DNA of 64,000 nucleotides from positions 78,802,001 to 78,866,000 of the forward strand of contig NC_083282.1 in the NCBI RefSeq assembly GCF_963506605.1, written 5' to 3'. This document shows positions 63,878-64,000 of the stretch, piece after piece. How positions within the stretch are numbered: the first letter of the stretch is position 1; the number at the start of each line of letters is the position of its first letter. The stretch is from Zootoca vivipara (taxonomy: Eukaryota). The notes under the pieces were generated by a model that ran no database searches, had not been told where the DNA came from, and saw only the letters and a list, made by a program, of their open reading frames with translations. The translations under genes and the position numbers were made by a program.

Positions 63878-64000
63878 CATAGAATCATAGAATTGTAGAG
63901 TGGGAAGGGACCCTGAGGATCATATAGTCCTGCAATGCAGGAATATGCAGCTGCTCTATAAGAGGATTGAACCTGCAACCTGCATTATCAGCACCATGCT
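63878..64000 (-). mobile_element. CR1-tailed tRNA-derived SINE running off the window end
   Basis: (CATAGAAT)n CR1 tail, CCTGCAATGCAGG, TTGAACCTGCAACC box-B-like motif. Confidence 0.65.

Noticed and set aside
43000-64000. KCNG1 coding exons expected by synteny
   Set aside because: No Kv-channel-like translation in the ORF track or by inspection.

Overview
Squamate (probably lacertid lizard) genomic DNA from the conserved ADNP-DPM1-MOCS3 block. It holds the complete 9-exon DPM1 gene (minus strand, CDS 41176..30331, 241 aa). Intronless MOCS3 (41381..42691, 436 aa) sits head-to-head with DPM1 across a 204-bp promoter. The CpG island and probable 5'-UTR exons of ADNP are on the minus strand, with its coding exons apparently left of the window. 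The rest is dense with repeats: L2, CR1, Bov-B/RTE, L1, Penelope, Sauria and other tRNA-derived SINEs, and many hAT and Tc1/mariner-pogo MITEs with readable target-site duplications (TSDs). There is one 147-bp assembly gap. Main discoveries: (1) a hAT element in DPM1 intron 2 that has captured the promoter-proximal region and most of coding exon 1 of an unrelated gene, OSBPL10 (a Pack-TIR); (2) an intact Penelope-type minimal hammerhead ribozyme about 2 kb downstream of the DPM1 poly(A) signal, in the DPM1 sense; (3) two interleaved long inverted-repeat pairs bracketing a uORF-bearing ADNP 5'-UTR exon; (4) apparent sharing of cargo between hAT and pogo-like MITEs; (5) MITEs that carry housekeeping-promoter motifs. 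Family and gene assignments come from recognition of the sequence, not from database searches.
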